From positions 16,058,001 to 16,122,000 of the forward strand of contig OZ281494.1 of NCBI GenBank assembly GCA_965637545.1: a stretch of 64,000 nucleotides of DNA. Reading direction: 5' to 3'. The translations under genes were made by a program, and so were the position numbers. Below the pieces are notes generated by a model. The model searched no databases. It saw nothing but the letters and a program-made list of their open reading frames with translations, and was not told where the DNA came from. This DNA comes from Phallusia mammillata (taxonomy: Eukaryota). This document shows, piece after piece, positions 38,480 to 50,126 of this stretch (the stretch's first letter is position 1; every line of letters begins with the position of its first letter).

Positions 38480-40574
38480 CGTACTTTCACAGTAAACATA
38501 ACGCAAATGGTCAACAACTTGATGCGAAATATTTCTCCATCTTACACTGATAGACAATTTTGTTGTGTTGTGGCAAAACTATACTCCACCACAATTACTT
38601 TTAAAGCAGGTAAGAACCTGGCTTTGACGTTTGATATCATGTTAGTGTCGAAATAAAAATACTCGTTGTACTTTTGTCCAACCGCATGTTAAATTTTGCT
38701 TATTGATGTGTACTTTTTATTCCGTATGTTGAAAAGTGTTAGTGAAAAGTTATCGTTGCAAATATTTGTTGTTGACCACGTCGGTAGGTGAAAATTTTTA
38801 TCCCTTGCTGTCCATTACAAACGGTCACATTTCATTTTAAAGGGTGGTCTCACTTTAAAATCGCTAACTTTGTAATGTCCAGGCTTAGTAATTGTTTATT
38901 GACAATGAGGTGATGGGATAGGCTTAGTGATTGTTTTAATGCTATTATGTCGCTATGTTCACTAAGCGAAATACACTCATCCCATCATCTCATTGTCAAT
39001 GTAACAGAAAATAGTTAGGTAAACCCGCATTCGGTCTAGGATTTCAGGGAAAGGGGAATCGGTTGACTTTATCTTACCAATTGAAAGGTCTCTTATCCAA
39101 CCCTAAGCTCACTTATACCCGGATCAATACCCTTAACTTGGTACGTCTCATCCATGGCCTTAACGGTAAACCGACCTGGTAAATACCAGATTCCCCTGCA
39201 CGGCTTGCCACCAAAATCAAAGTTAGATGGTCACACAGAAAAGGACTTCAGCTAAAAAAAGTTTAATAAAATATACTTATGCGAATAAGCAAAGCAACTT
39301 CCAAAGCTAAACATGACACAACACAACACAACACCACACTACCAAGTTTTCAAACAGTTCGAACAATACGAATTTCCAAGAGAGAACTGTCTGAAATCTA
39401 GAACGGAGCAAGGTAGCAAGGCAACGTCAAAATAATTGGTGCGAACGGTAAATCAAATGTAGCGGTACTGAAAACGAAACCCAAATATCAATATACGTTG
39501 TGTTAAACGAGACAAAGTGTGCGTGTAATGATAAATTACATAATATAAGGTGAAAACAATGTTAAAAATAAAAAAGAGTGTGTGGGACACTAATAGAAAT
39601 ATACCGGTAAAATTAAAGTTACTTATAAACAAACCTAAGGCACGAAATATTATGCGTGAATAATCAAAGTAAATAGATTTGATTCATGAAAAGCGTAAAC
39701 CTATGTAAAAAGAAAACTAAATTAAAAATACAGCGATGGTGTACAATCAAACAAAGAAAAAGCAATTCGCTCATTACGGAATATATATCATCACATGGTT
39801 ATGCACAATGTAAGTTATGATACAACGTGAAAAGTACAGTAACAACATTGCGCAAAAAGGTCGCAAAAATACAAAGCAAACGTGGAATGCAAAGCCCTGC
39901 AACAATAGAGAACAATAGCCCAAAAGAAGAAAACAAACAACGATAGATTAACTTTATTTGGTCATATAGTAGTGTTCTTAAACTTTATTTTCATTTGCCA
40001 TTTTAAAACATCAAATATTGAGAGGCCCAGTATCCAAGCCTGTGAAACCTGTTTTGATACGAACACATAAAAAGAACACTTATCTTCGTGACTCAGCTAG
40101 TGAATAAGCCTGGTAGTGCAGTTCTTTCACTGTGTCCAACCCATATATTTGAGATGTTTGTGTCGAAAATGCCGCTTTGCGATTCAATGCCCTGCTCGTG
40201 TTCAAACATACAAATTCAGAACAAGCCTCCCTCAAACAAAATGTAAACAGTGCTAAACGTATTGGTAGACTTGTTGGAACCCTTATTATTGGTCGTTTAA
40301 ACTTGATTCAGAATGTAAATAACTTACGCATTTCTTTTTAACAGCAAGCCAACAACCGAAACAGCTGCCAGCAACAAGAGACCAAAAGATGTTGTTGCAA
40401 TAACAAATATTGTTTTTCCATTTTCCTCAAAAAAATTTCTATCAGTAGAAGAATCCTCTGATTGATTCAAACAACCTGCAGAATGCAAAAACTTCGTTTT
40501 AAATTAAACCTCCGAAAATTCAAATTACCATAATCAGACAAACAATTTTCTGTTTAGATAAATATATACTGTTG

Positions 40575-41205
40575 CTGTCAGACATAATGTATCAACAAAA
40601 TTTCAGCTCTTCCGGCAGTTTTTATTCTAATATGCCAACATTTCGATGTCCCATACGAAACACCTTCATCAGGGTAATGACATAAATTGCAAACACAAGT
40701 ATTTATAAAGCGAAAAGGGCGGCGAAACACACACACAAAAAAGGGGCGGTGATAAAAAAACGCAGTGCGCACCAATGGTCGAGTGATAACACCTAGCTCA
40801 ATGGTGCAAAAGCGACCGATGAGTTATCGGCATTAGAACGTCCGTTTTAACGTTCATCGTGTTGGTGTGGGAATGTATGTTCCACGACTCCTGGAAACCT
40901 CGCTTGTGAAAGTCGGTTTCTCTCGCTAACACCTGGGCGGCAGAAAAGTTTATGGTGTGATTGAGGACAGTAGCATGTTGTGCTAATGCCGACTTTTTGG
41001 CATCTTTTTCGGCTACATCCCTTTCAAGTTCTTTGCGGCGCGTATTGAAAGATCTTTCCGTTTCGCCAATGTAAATCTCGTTGCACTGTTCACATGGGAT
41101 CGCATACACCGCACCCCTTGCCGCGTTTCTGTTTAGATGTTTAGGTGTTTTTTTTGTGAAGTTACCGCCAAAAGCAAGTTTCATGCAGTTGAAAGCAGGA
41201 GGCGT
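40575..41205 (-). mobile_element. 5'-truncated Penelope-like retroelement: GIY-YIG endonuclease ORF plus 3' region
   Basis: ORF 41184-40798: GAVYAIPCEQCNEIYIGETERSFNTRRKE..SALAQH..HTINF..QVLARE..KRGFQESWNI is a typical PLE GIY-YIG C-terminus. Boundaries are estimated from loss of homology to paralogous introns. Confidence 0.88.
40625..40685 (-). ncRNA. Degenerate minimal hammerhead-ribozyme motif in the Penelope 3' region
   Basis: Minus strand: CTGATGA-A-GGTGTTTC-GTAT-GGGACATC-GAAA-TGTT. Core boxes plus an 8-bp stem II (with G-U pairs); the ACGT palindrome is altered to ATGT; stem I is imperfect. Confidence 0.55.
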
Positions 41206-42065
41206 TTTTGTTGTAGCAAATGCTTAACCCCTTTTGCTTTCCTAATTTTATACGCACCTGGGGCTGCAAGCGTTGGCCTGACTGTGTGACGTCAACGTTG
41301 TGGGCAATCCAAAATTGCATAACTTATCACCACAATGTGTTTCGGGAATCTTGTGTACATCCTTGGAGGCCAACTTACACTTTCTTTAATAATTGGTTTG
41401 TTTTTGCATATTTTGTTGTCAAAGTCCACTCCAGGCTGACAAGTAACTTCGTTTCCTTTTTGTGTTTTTACATAAAGACCACACCAAGGTCCCGGATGTG
41501 TCGAATTGTTGTCTGATGCAATTTTAAGATCTGTCTAAAACAAGGGTATAAAATTGTAAATAATTGAGCTGCGAATAACGGTTAGGTGAAATATATCTGT
41601 AACCTCAAATTTTGGTGTAAATAAAACTCTTACTGTCTGGCAACTTGACGTTGAAGTCATCTTTGCCAATAAAAGACAGGAACTGAAGAGACAGAATAAC
41701 ATTACTTCGCAAAGTTTCACTTCCAAACACCCAAGTGCATATTTGAGAAGAGATTCCAGAGTACAAAAAAGATCCATGTGTTCCATTTAAATGTACTGGA
41801 CAAGTTTCAGCTCCACCTCTTACTTGCATTCGGACCATGATTTAAACAAGAACCGAAAAAATGAACATTTGCTTAGTCTTATACATTGCAATGATTTTTC
41901 CTTACCTAAAATGACCGTTGTCCGTTTAAGCATCTTGATGTCTTAGTAGAAATAAGCCACAAACTTGTCAGCTCAATCGAATAAAAGTATGCCTCCCTTA
42001 TTTGTCATCTCTGTCTGTCTATTTAATTTGCGGTAATATTCTGACAATCAATCTGTATTTAGGTA

Positions 42066-42646
42066 CAGTCAAACTTCGATACTATGTCACCCTTTGGGAC
42101 CTAGAGAAAGTGGCATAGTAGCGAGGGTGGCATAATAGCGAGGGTTGGTTGTAAAAATAGCCTTGTGACGTGACAATGTACTGTAATGCCACGTTGTATT
42201 GTACGATTGTAATTTATTACAGTAGGCCTATACAGTATAAGGTACAGTATACAGTATAATTTATTACAAAAAAACGGATAGATCGTGCATAGAACAAACA
42301 GGATCTGTTAGTTTTGTCGTGACACAAGCACGGAACGGCGTTTACATAACTCGCTGCAAAGCCGTGAAACGTCTTAACATGACCACGTTTGTTTACTCAA
42401 CGATTTGTTTTTCATGTTTTCTTTGTTTTATCATGAGCTCAAACCGAAAATTGTCAGAAGGTCCAATTTTCAATCCGGAACCAGACCGTTAATACAGTAA
42501 TACTGTACTCTCATGTGTCATAGTATCAAGGGTAAGGGGTGGCATAGTAAATATATTTTCTATTGAATTTAGTTGGTGACGATCAAAAGTGGTATAGTAT
42601 CGAGGGTGGCATAATATCAAGGTGGCATAGTATCGAAGTTTGACTG
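42066..42646. mobile_element. Tc1/mariner (pogo/Tigger-like) MITE upstream of B4
   Basis: 26-bp TIR CAGTCAAACTTCGATACTATG(T/C)CACC with one mismatch; TA TSD; subterminal GGGTGGCATA repeats; empty site in the B2 flank. Confidence 0.9.
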
Positions 42647-43783
42647 TATCTGAATTTTTACACTGTTCACAAGGCTTCTTTGCGTAATATGAATTTAAAT
42701 GAAATTTAAATAACGGAAACTCTGATGAAGTCAATGAGAAGGGATAAATGTGGACGGAGGAGGTGAAAAAATTAGGTTGTCAGATCGTTATTAATAAGGT
42801 CACTGTGCTTAAAATGAGAAGAAAAACAAAAATTGAATTAAATTGTAAAGTAAGAAACTTCTGTATGTCGTATATAACAACACGAAATTAAAAACAAGCA
42901 AACCTTTTTATTTCTGACATACTTTCACGGTGATGCTATGTTTTTATGTAATCCAAAAAGCATAATATTTCAAAAATGGTTCCTCAAGTTCCACAAGTAT
43001 ATGGACGGGAAGGGAATGGAGTAATAGTTTTTCAATGAACGCGTAGTAGATTAGCAGTGATCGAAAATGGCACTGCGTTGTTTTCTGCTATTTTCTGTTT
43101 TTGCATGGGCTCTGCTTGCAATTTAAAAACGTCAGAAATGGCTACGTAGTGTGTTAAAGTAAAACTGAAAAAAACAGTCAGAAAATGCAGGTAACACAAT
43201 AAATTGGTAAAAGTAGATTGACAAAGATGCCCCAGGATTCAAAATTTTTGAACAAGCAAAATGGCATTTTGTATATTTTACATAGTACTTTTACTTTATG
43301 GTTTTCACTTTCACTAACGTAATTTTCTGTGTGAATGTGTTCACCCGATCCCTCTACTTGTATACAAACTGTCGAATTTTGGGTAATAGGCTTTTATGCT
43401 GTCGTATTATACTACATGGTAGGGACCTACGCGCTTTAAGCGACATGGTAGCCTATGCTGTATGGATATTACGAAGCTTTTGGGGTTACCCATTGTTTTG
43501 TTTTCGTCGGTTGCGGCTGTTAGATGACAAATTAAATAAGCTGAACTGAACCTCTCAGTGCGGTAGAAAGTTGGAAGTTTGATCACTGGCTTCAATTTAT
43601 TGTTTTTTTGCTAAATATCAGGGGTAATTTAACTTTTAGTTTTTTTTGTAAGAAATAGAAAACAATGTAAAACAAGAAAGGCATATCACATTGCTTTTTG
43701 TTCAACCCTTATTTAACATCCTGACTCTTGGTGGCAATTGTAGTAGCAGTTAAACAAGAAGCCAAACCTGGGATATTATAAAA

Positions 43784-43980
43784 CAGGGGTCGGCAACCTT
43801 TTTTCTACTGTCACCGTTTTTAAAATTGAAATTTTATCGGGAACCGGCCTTCAAAATACTACAAATATTTAGCAACGAAACGCCTGAATTAGTTTATCAT
43901 CTCCGGGATACATTAGCAAAATGTTTTTAAAAATGTACCCTGAAAAATTATACTGCCCGGTAAGCGGTTGCCGATCACTG
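43784..43980. mobile_element. Short hAT MITE (197 bp)
   Basis: Ends CAGGGGTCGGCAACC / GGTTGCCGATCACTG; TSD ttataaaa/ttataaga. Confidence 0.8.
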
Positions 43981-44308
43981 TTATAAGAGGCACTTGCAGT
44001 TTAATGAAGCAAATGGGACTTCAAAACACTACAACATTCTGATCAAATGATTTCATTCAACGTGTTTGAGCTTGATTAAGATTCTTTTGTTTTCATAAAT
44101 AGTCATGTTTCTATGTTTAAAATGAAAAAACGTTGCAACACATTTACAAACATATACATGTTATCTGTAGCATGCAAATGACTGAAAAACAAAGCTTAAC
44201 ATTATACTCTTTTTTGACGTAATGGCTTGTTTTGGAAAAATAATTATCATTGTAATTGCATTGGAACGTATTTGAAACTTTGACCTAGGAAAGTCACTTG
44301 AGTATTAA

Positions 44309-45698
44309 CTAGCCAAACGAGCAAACAACACAACGAATCTCCCAACCGTTAACATACGGTTCACAAGGAACACTGTAACCGCATTGGTTTTCCACAACAA
44401 ATAAATAAGCTCCATGTTGACTTCCTTTGGTTCCTGGAACCACTTGTGGTGTGTCGTCCACACAAAGATGAATGGACGAATGTTTGGTCGTGTCGTAGGA
44501 TCCAGTCATAATGTATCCTGTGTATTCGATCGTCCAACCTTCGGGACATATTTCACGGCTTGGAATCATTAGCTGGAGAATTCATAAAAATCATAACTTT
44601 GCTTTATTGGTGAATTTTTTTCTGCAAGTCACGAAGCACTAATAATCCAGAGTCACATAAGAACCTGATTTTGAGCCCAGGTTTCAGATGTTGACTTACA
44701 ACATCGCTAATAGCACGTTACCTGTGTCGGACTTTGAACCAAGCAAATAGCACATGGTACACCTTGATATTGAAGTGCTTGCTCCTCGATGAAAGACAAA
44801 TCGAACAAAGCGTATTTACTTGGTCCGTCTCGATACTCAGCTCCGTAAATATAAGAAGCCCCTGTTAGTGATATACAGTGTGTTAAATGTCATATTTAGG
44901 AACCAATAAAAGTTTTCCAGTGCAAAATGATGAAATATTAACTGACCCTGAGTGCCGTCCACATAATGTCATTCGGTATACGTCACATTATAATGTAAGG
45001 ACAAAAAATCTGATCCGCCTCCAATATGGGAATCATATGATCCCGCAGCATAACCTGGATAATCATATTTTAGTAGCACCATCCCCATCTAAGATGGAAG
45101 CCATTTACCGTGGTACACCATACTTGTTCCAGTCTTGACTGGGCAGTCACTTCTTCCCCAACGTACGTAAGTAGTAGGCTACCTATTTTGATTTGTAATT
45201 GGTTAGATTTGCAATACTGCCTACGTATCTGGACTTTCTGTTTATTAGCAGCATACGATCAAGAGAGACTAAGAAAACAAATAGTTTACCTATCCCGTAA
45301 GTTGTTATCACTGGCGAATCTTCTTCCTGTAAGCAAAGCGAGAAGCATACAATTACAGTAAAAGTTTCTGTGGTGCAAATTTTGCACGTACCAATGATCT
45401 TTTATGAACAATGTGATGCAAATGTTGCCAGTTTTGACCTTGAACTTTCTTGACTCAGATTCTTTTTCTGCCCTCAAGTTTTCTAAACTACAAATTTGCA
45501 ATTGCACATTAGGAAAGTGAGTCCCAAGGAGCATATAAGTTGAAATTATTTTTTATCAACTGACCGTTTTAGGTAAATGGTAACCTGATGGACAAAACTT
45601 CCGACGCAGAATAATTCCACCAAAAGCAGAACTGTTCCAAAAATAAGTGGTTTGTTTGAAACCTTACGAACAAAATTTCTGTAGCTTTGCGGTCGCAT
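44309..45698 (-). pseudogene. A4: family-A gene with a 1-nt frameshift in exon 2
   Basis: Seven exons are present. gaatctgagtcaag versus gaatctggagtcaag in A1/A3 shifts the frame and gives a stop in exon 3; also Glu in the TM segment. A single-base loss could be an assembly error. Confidence 0.65.
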
Positions 45699-45774
45699 CT
45701 TTCTCATCAGGGCACTCAACAGAATGAAATAAAACTTGTGATAGAACTGGCATGTGAAGTCTCAGATTTGTGAT

Positions 45775-46848
45775 TGTTGTGGTCAAGATGCAGTGAAGCG
45801 TGTCAATATCGATTTCTATTAGTTGTGGCGTGGTGATTGTCGTGTCTCGTGTCGTTTACGGTAGATACTTTAACACCAAAAACTAGCGGCACTGGAGTCC
45901 GGTTCACTTTAGGTCAATAAGGTAACGTCAGGTCAAATGTTGAAAAATGCTTGTTTTTAACGGTATTTATGATTTTAAACCTTCACCTGACCCGAATAGC
46001 CCTAACCGCCGGCATTTCTACAAGTCTGCAAAATAACGAGAAAAAAAAGATAAAAATTAAATGGGATTTGAACCCAAAAATCATGCGTATGAGGCATTGT
46101 TTTTTCCACTACACTACAGAAACACTTGCATTCTAATAGTTTAAACAACACTTATAAACTATCATAAACTATTTGTCATTTGACCTGAAGTGAACCGGAC
46201 TCCAGTGCCGCTAGTTTTTGGTGTTAAAGTATCTACCGTCGTTTACCGTACGTTTTACACGAGGCAGCTTACAGTTATTGCGTAATTCCTTTTTGTGTCA
46301 GTTTTTGCAGTGCATAGGACTGTTAATTAGCATTGTATAAGGTTTATTATTGTAAAGGTAGTTATGTGTAAGGTAACTACAGTGGATTAGAGTGTACTAG
46401 TTGATGTATGGATAATTTAAATGTGTGTGATAATCTGACCATGCTAGTCGTGTATACCTTTTATCTTTTTCTCGTGTTAGTAGCTTAACTAAATTCTCTA
46501 TTTTGTATTTCTATTTGAATAAGACACTAAGCAATGTAAATCTGTGTGGGAGCTGCTAACGCAGAAATCTGCTCTGTTGTAGACTGTTCTGATCTGTTTC
46601 TGTCATCAATCTGTTCTGTACTGAATGTTTTGTACCTACTGATCTGACTGACTGTACTAATCTGTACTGTTATGAACTGTCCAGTTTCGTTGTACTGTGG
46701 TACTCGGTATTGGAATACAGCCTTCGTTTTATTGTTGCAACGTATCAGTGTGACAGACAGCATTTGGCGGTGCAAGTAGCCCACACAGTGGCCAGTTAGA
46801 AAGCTAGCTGGGACGTGGAATCAGAACCAAAGGGTTTTGTATTCTACA
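45775..46848. mobile_element. Solo LTR (about 690 bp without the nested insertion) just upstream of A4
   Basis: TGT...ACA termini; 5-bp TSD gtgat (45770-45774 and 46849-46853); paralogous A promoters show the empty site (tcagatttgtaattaatgttagt). Confidence 0.8.
45860..46237. mobile_element. Mutator-like (MULE) MITE nested in the solo LTR
   Basis: 58-bp TIR starting GGTAGATACTTTAACACC (one mismatch); perfect 9-bp TSD gtcgtttac. Confidence 0.88.
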
Positions 46849-48595
46849 GTGATTGGTATTAGTTTACGATCACGATTTCATTATGACAATCGATTATATG
46901 ACAAAATATCGATTAACAAGTCATGTTGGAATTTCCATTAAAGTGAAACCAGTATTTGTAAAGTAAAACTACCTCAAGTAATATATATAAAAATAGCAAA
47001 TTGCTAGTGTAAGAAATTGGATCCGGTGGTGACTTTGTCAATTTATTTTCGCTCAGGTCCCGCGGGCCGTAGTTTGCCCACCCCTGGTCTACAGCTTAAT
47101 GCAAAATAATCCCCCATCTTCAAACATTTCCATATTTTTTATTTTTCTGAAACAAACTCTTGCTTTCGGGAAAAAAGATTGAAGGATGGAAACTTGCTGG
47201 TCCTTTCGGTTTTCGTGTTTTTAATGTCTGTTAAGGCATTCGTTTTTCCACGCAAATTGACACTTGCATTGAATTATCTCTTTTACGTATTGACGTAATA
47301 ATTAATGCATTTGTTTTTGTTGTACTGGTCACAATGTAACCCAAAGTAATTTTAAATAAAATGGTTTCACTCTTTTATTGCTTATAAACGTTTCTACTGT
47401 TTTTTGTAATAAATGGCATTTTACAATTTTATTGTTTATGAAAGGTCTTCGCGAGCCCCAGTAAATCGGAAAAGAACCCCCACCGAGGTCGCGACCTATA
47501 GGTTGAAACCACTTCTGCAAACAAAAGGGTATTGTTGCCACATTTTAAAAGGCAGGCCTCACTTAAACACCCATAGGTTTGCATTTACAACACTTATATA
47601 CAAATCTGTAATTTATCACCCCATAGTTTACATTAAAAACTGTAATTTTTAGTACTTAAAACTAAAAGCATGGTCTCACTTTTACACCGCTAGCTTGGTA
47701 GTGACCACATTTTTCGTAATCGTGGTTTGTGAACTAACAGTGTAACGAAGCATGTAGCGGTACGTAAAAACGCGTCATTATAAAATTGGTTCACACCCAA
47801 ATACAAACATAAAATAAAGTTAGAGACAAAGTGTGCGTGTAATGATAAATTGATTAACACAAAGTGAAAACAATGTTGAATATAAATAAAAAGTGTGACA
47901 TAAATAGAAATATAACCGTCAAAATAAAGTGTAAGTGCGTAAAAAAAAAAATGATTAATAAAAATACGAAAACTACAAAAAAAGCAATGATGGTGTACAA
48001 TCAAACGAACAAACAAACAAAAACAATGTGCGAACGCGCTCATTAACATATAAGTTAGGTCAATGTTTTTCAACTTTTTTTGAGCCACGAAACACTTTAC
48101 GCATTAAAATAATTTTGCTGAACACCAAACGAAATTTTGATGCAATGAAACAACTAGGCTCTGACACTAAAACGCAAAATCGTGGAAACCGCTAAATCGC
48201 ACATCACGTAATCACCGATACTGATGAAAACGATCATATAGCGCTATTAAAGTTGGGAAAAGGTTTTATGAAAACGTAACATTAAAACTAGTATTTGTAA
48301 CTAAATACAATACTCCCTAGCACTGGCTGTTTCGTGATTCATCATGATTCATGATTCATGGATCTCGTTTCGGCTGAGACAGGGTTTAAATGTTACATTA
48401 TTCCTAAAGCTCCCCCAAAGCTAAATTGCACTAACTGTCAGCAATTTACCCTCGATTCAGCTATTTTATTGATAGACAACGAGTCTTTTTATTACACAAC
48501 AATAAATGAAGCCAATCACTATCGAACATTTAAGCTGGTGGTGGCGGATAAATACTTTCATAAAAGTAAAGCCATTTCCGCCCATTGTGTTAAAC

Positions 48596-48750
48596 CAGTG
48601 ATTTTCGACCGGTGTTCGAGAAACACTAGTCAAACCATAGAAGTCTAAAACATTAGAATCCTATATTCAATACAGCAAATTTCTCGCGGAACACCTGACT
48701 ATCTTTCAAGGAACACTAGTGTTCCGCGGAACACCGGTTGAAAATCACTC
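48596..48750. mobile_element. Small hAT-like MITE remnant
   Basis: CAGTGATTTTCGACCGGTGTTC / GAACACCGGTTGAAAATCACTC inverted ends; no clear TSD. Confidence 0.5.
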
Positions 48751-48855
48751 AGTTAGGTTGTTAATCACACAATACTGTGTGAAGAGTGCATTAAAGAACC
48801 GCGCGTATAGGAAAGGTCGACAACAGTACAAAGGTTACGCTTAAATAGGTTACGC

Positions 48856-50126
48856 TTATCTTTGTGACTCGGCCAATGAATAAGCATGGTAGTGCAACTG
48901 TTCCACTGTGTCCAACCCATATATTTGAGATCTTTGTATCGAAAATACTGCTTTGCGCTTCTGTGCCCTATGTGTGGGAAAATAACTAGTTTAAAACGAC
49001 CCTGCATCAAACAAAATGTAAACAGAGTGTTAAAGTATTTGGTGGGATTTTGTGTGTGTTGAATCCCTTATTATTAGATGTTTAAATTGGATTTACAACA
49101 CAAAAATACTTACGCGTTTCTTTTTAACAGCAAGAAAATCATTGAAAAAGCGGCCAGCAATAAAATACCAAATGATGTTGTTGCAACAACAAATATTGTT
49201 TTTCCATTTTCGTCAAAGAAATCTCTATCGGTAGAAGAAACTTTCTTTGAAGTGGATTGCCTCGAAAAATCTGCAATTGAAACCTTCCGATTTCGCTTAT
49301 TTGAGCAAACCATTTTCTGATTGAGTGTTTTGATTATTATTTCTGTTGTCAGTCAGAAACATAACGATGGTTCGTAAGGAGTAACGATGGTTCGTAAGAA
49401 GTTTGACTTATTTTCCTTTTCTACAATTAAACATACTCACCTGTTGTCGTTGGCGTTGTGCTGACTGGGTTGAGACTATGGTTTGGGCAATCCAACAGTG
49501 CGTAACTTATCACCACAACGTGTTTCGGGAATCTTGTGTACATCCTTGGAGGCCAACTTACACTTTCTTTAATAATTGGTTTGTTTTTGCATATTTTGTT
49601 GTCAAAGTCCACTTCAGGCTGACAAGCAATTTCGTTTCCTTTTTGCTTTTTTACATAAAGACCACACCAAGGTCCCGGATGTGTCGAATTGTTGTCTAAT
49701 GCAATTTTCAGATCGGTGTCTAAAACAAGGTTGTAAAAATGTAAAGAAATTAGCTGTGAATAATGTTTAGGTAAGATATATCTGTAACCCCAAATTTTGG
49801 TGTAAATAAAACGCTCACCGTCTGGCAACTTGACGTTGAAGTCATTTTTGCCAATAAAAGACAGGAACTGAAGAGACAGAATAACATTACTTCGCAAAGT
49901 TTCACTTCCAAACACCCAAGTGCATATTCGAGAAGAGTTTCCAGAGTACAAAAAAGATCCGTGTGTTCCATTCAAATGCACCTGACACGTTTCAGCTCCC
50001 AAGCTTTCTTTCATCAAGACCATGACTTAACAATATAAAAAAATGAATAAATTCTCAGTCTTGTACACAATGTACAGTATAATGAATTTGCTCACTTGAA
50101 ATGAAGATGGTTGTCCATTGAATCAT
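48856..50126 (-). CDS. B5: CUB-like type I membrane receptor, tail class IYGL..HYHAYSL; apparently intact
   Basis: Signal MIQWTTIFISIMVLMKESLG; ectodomain ORF 50023-49427; TM IFVVATTSFGILLLAAFSMIFLLL; tail KRNAAQKRKAVFSIQRSQIYGLDTVEQLHYHAYSLAESQR*; all splice sites GT-AG with paralog-matching phases. Confidence 0.8.

Larger units (their letters stand above)
40080..41933 (-). pseudogene. B4: CUB-like receptor, tail class IYGL..HYQAYSL; multiple lesions
   Basis: Exon-2 acceptor is AG>AA (gtttaaatcatgg); 2-nt deletion at the exon-3 start; in-frame TGA after DCPQR; Penelope fragment in intron 3. TM and tail exons are still open (..ALNRKAAFSTQTSQIYGLDTVKELHYQAYSLAESRR*). Confidence 0.8.

Noticed and set aside
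39000-39260. LTR start (TGTAAC) plus primer-binding site (TGGTGGCA) of an LTR retrotransposon
   Set aside because: Only an 8-nt PBS-like match; no paired LTR, TSD or gag/pol sequence was found.
48856-48960. ITIM or ITAM in the IYGL..HYxAYSL tail
   Set aside because: None of the tyrosines has I/V/L at +3; spacing fits neither consensus.
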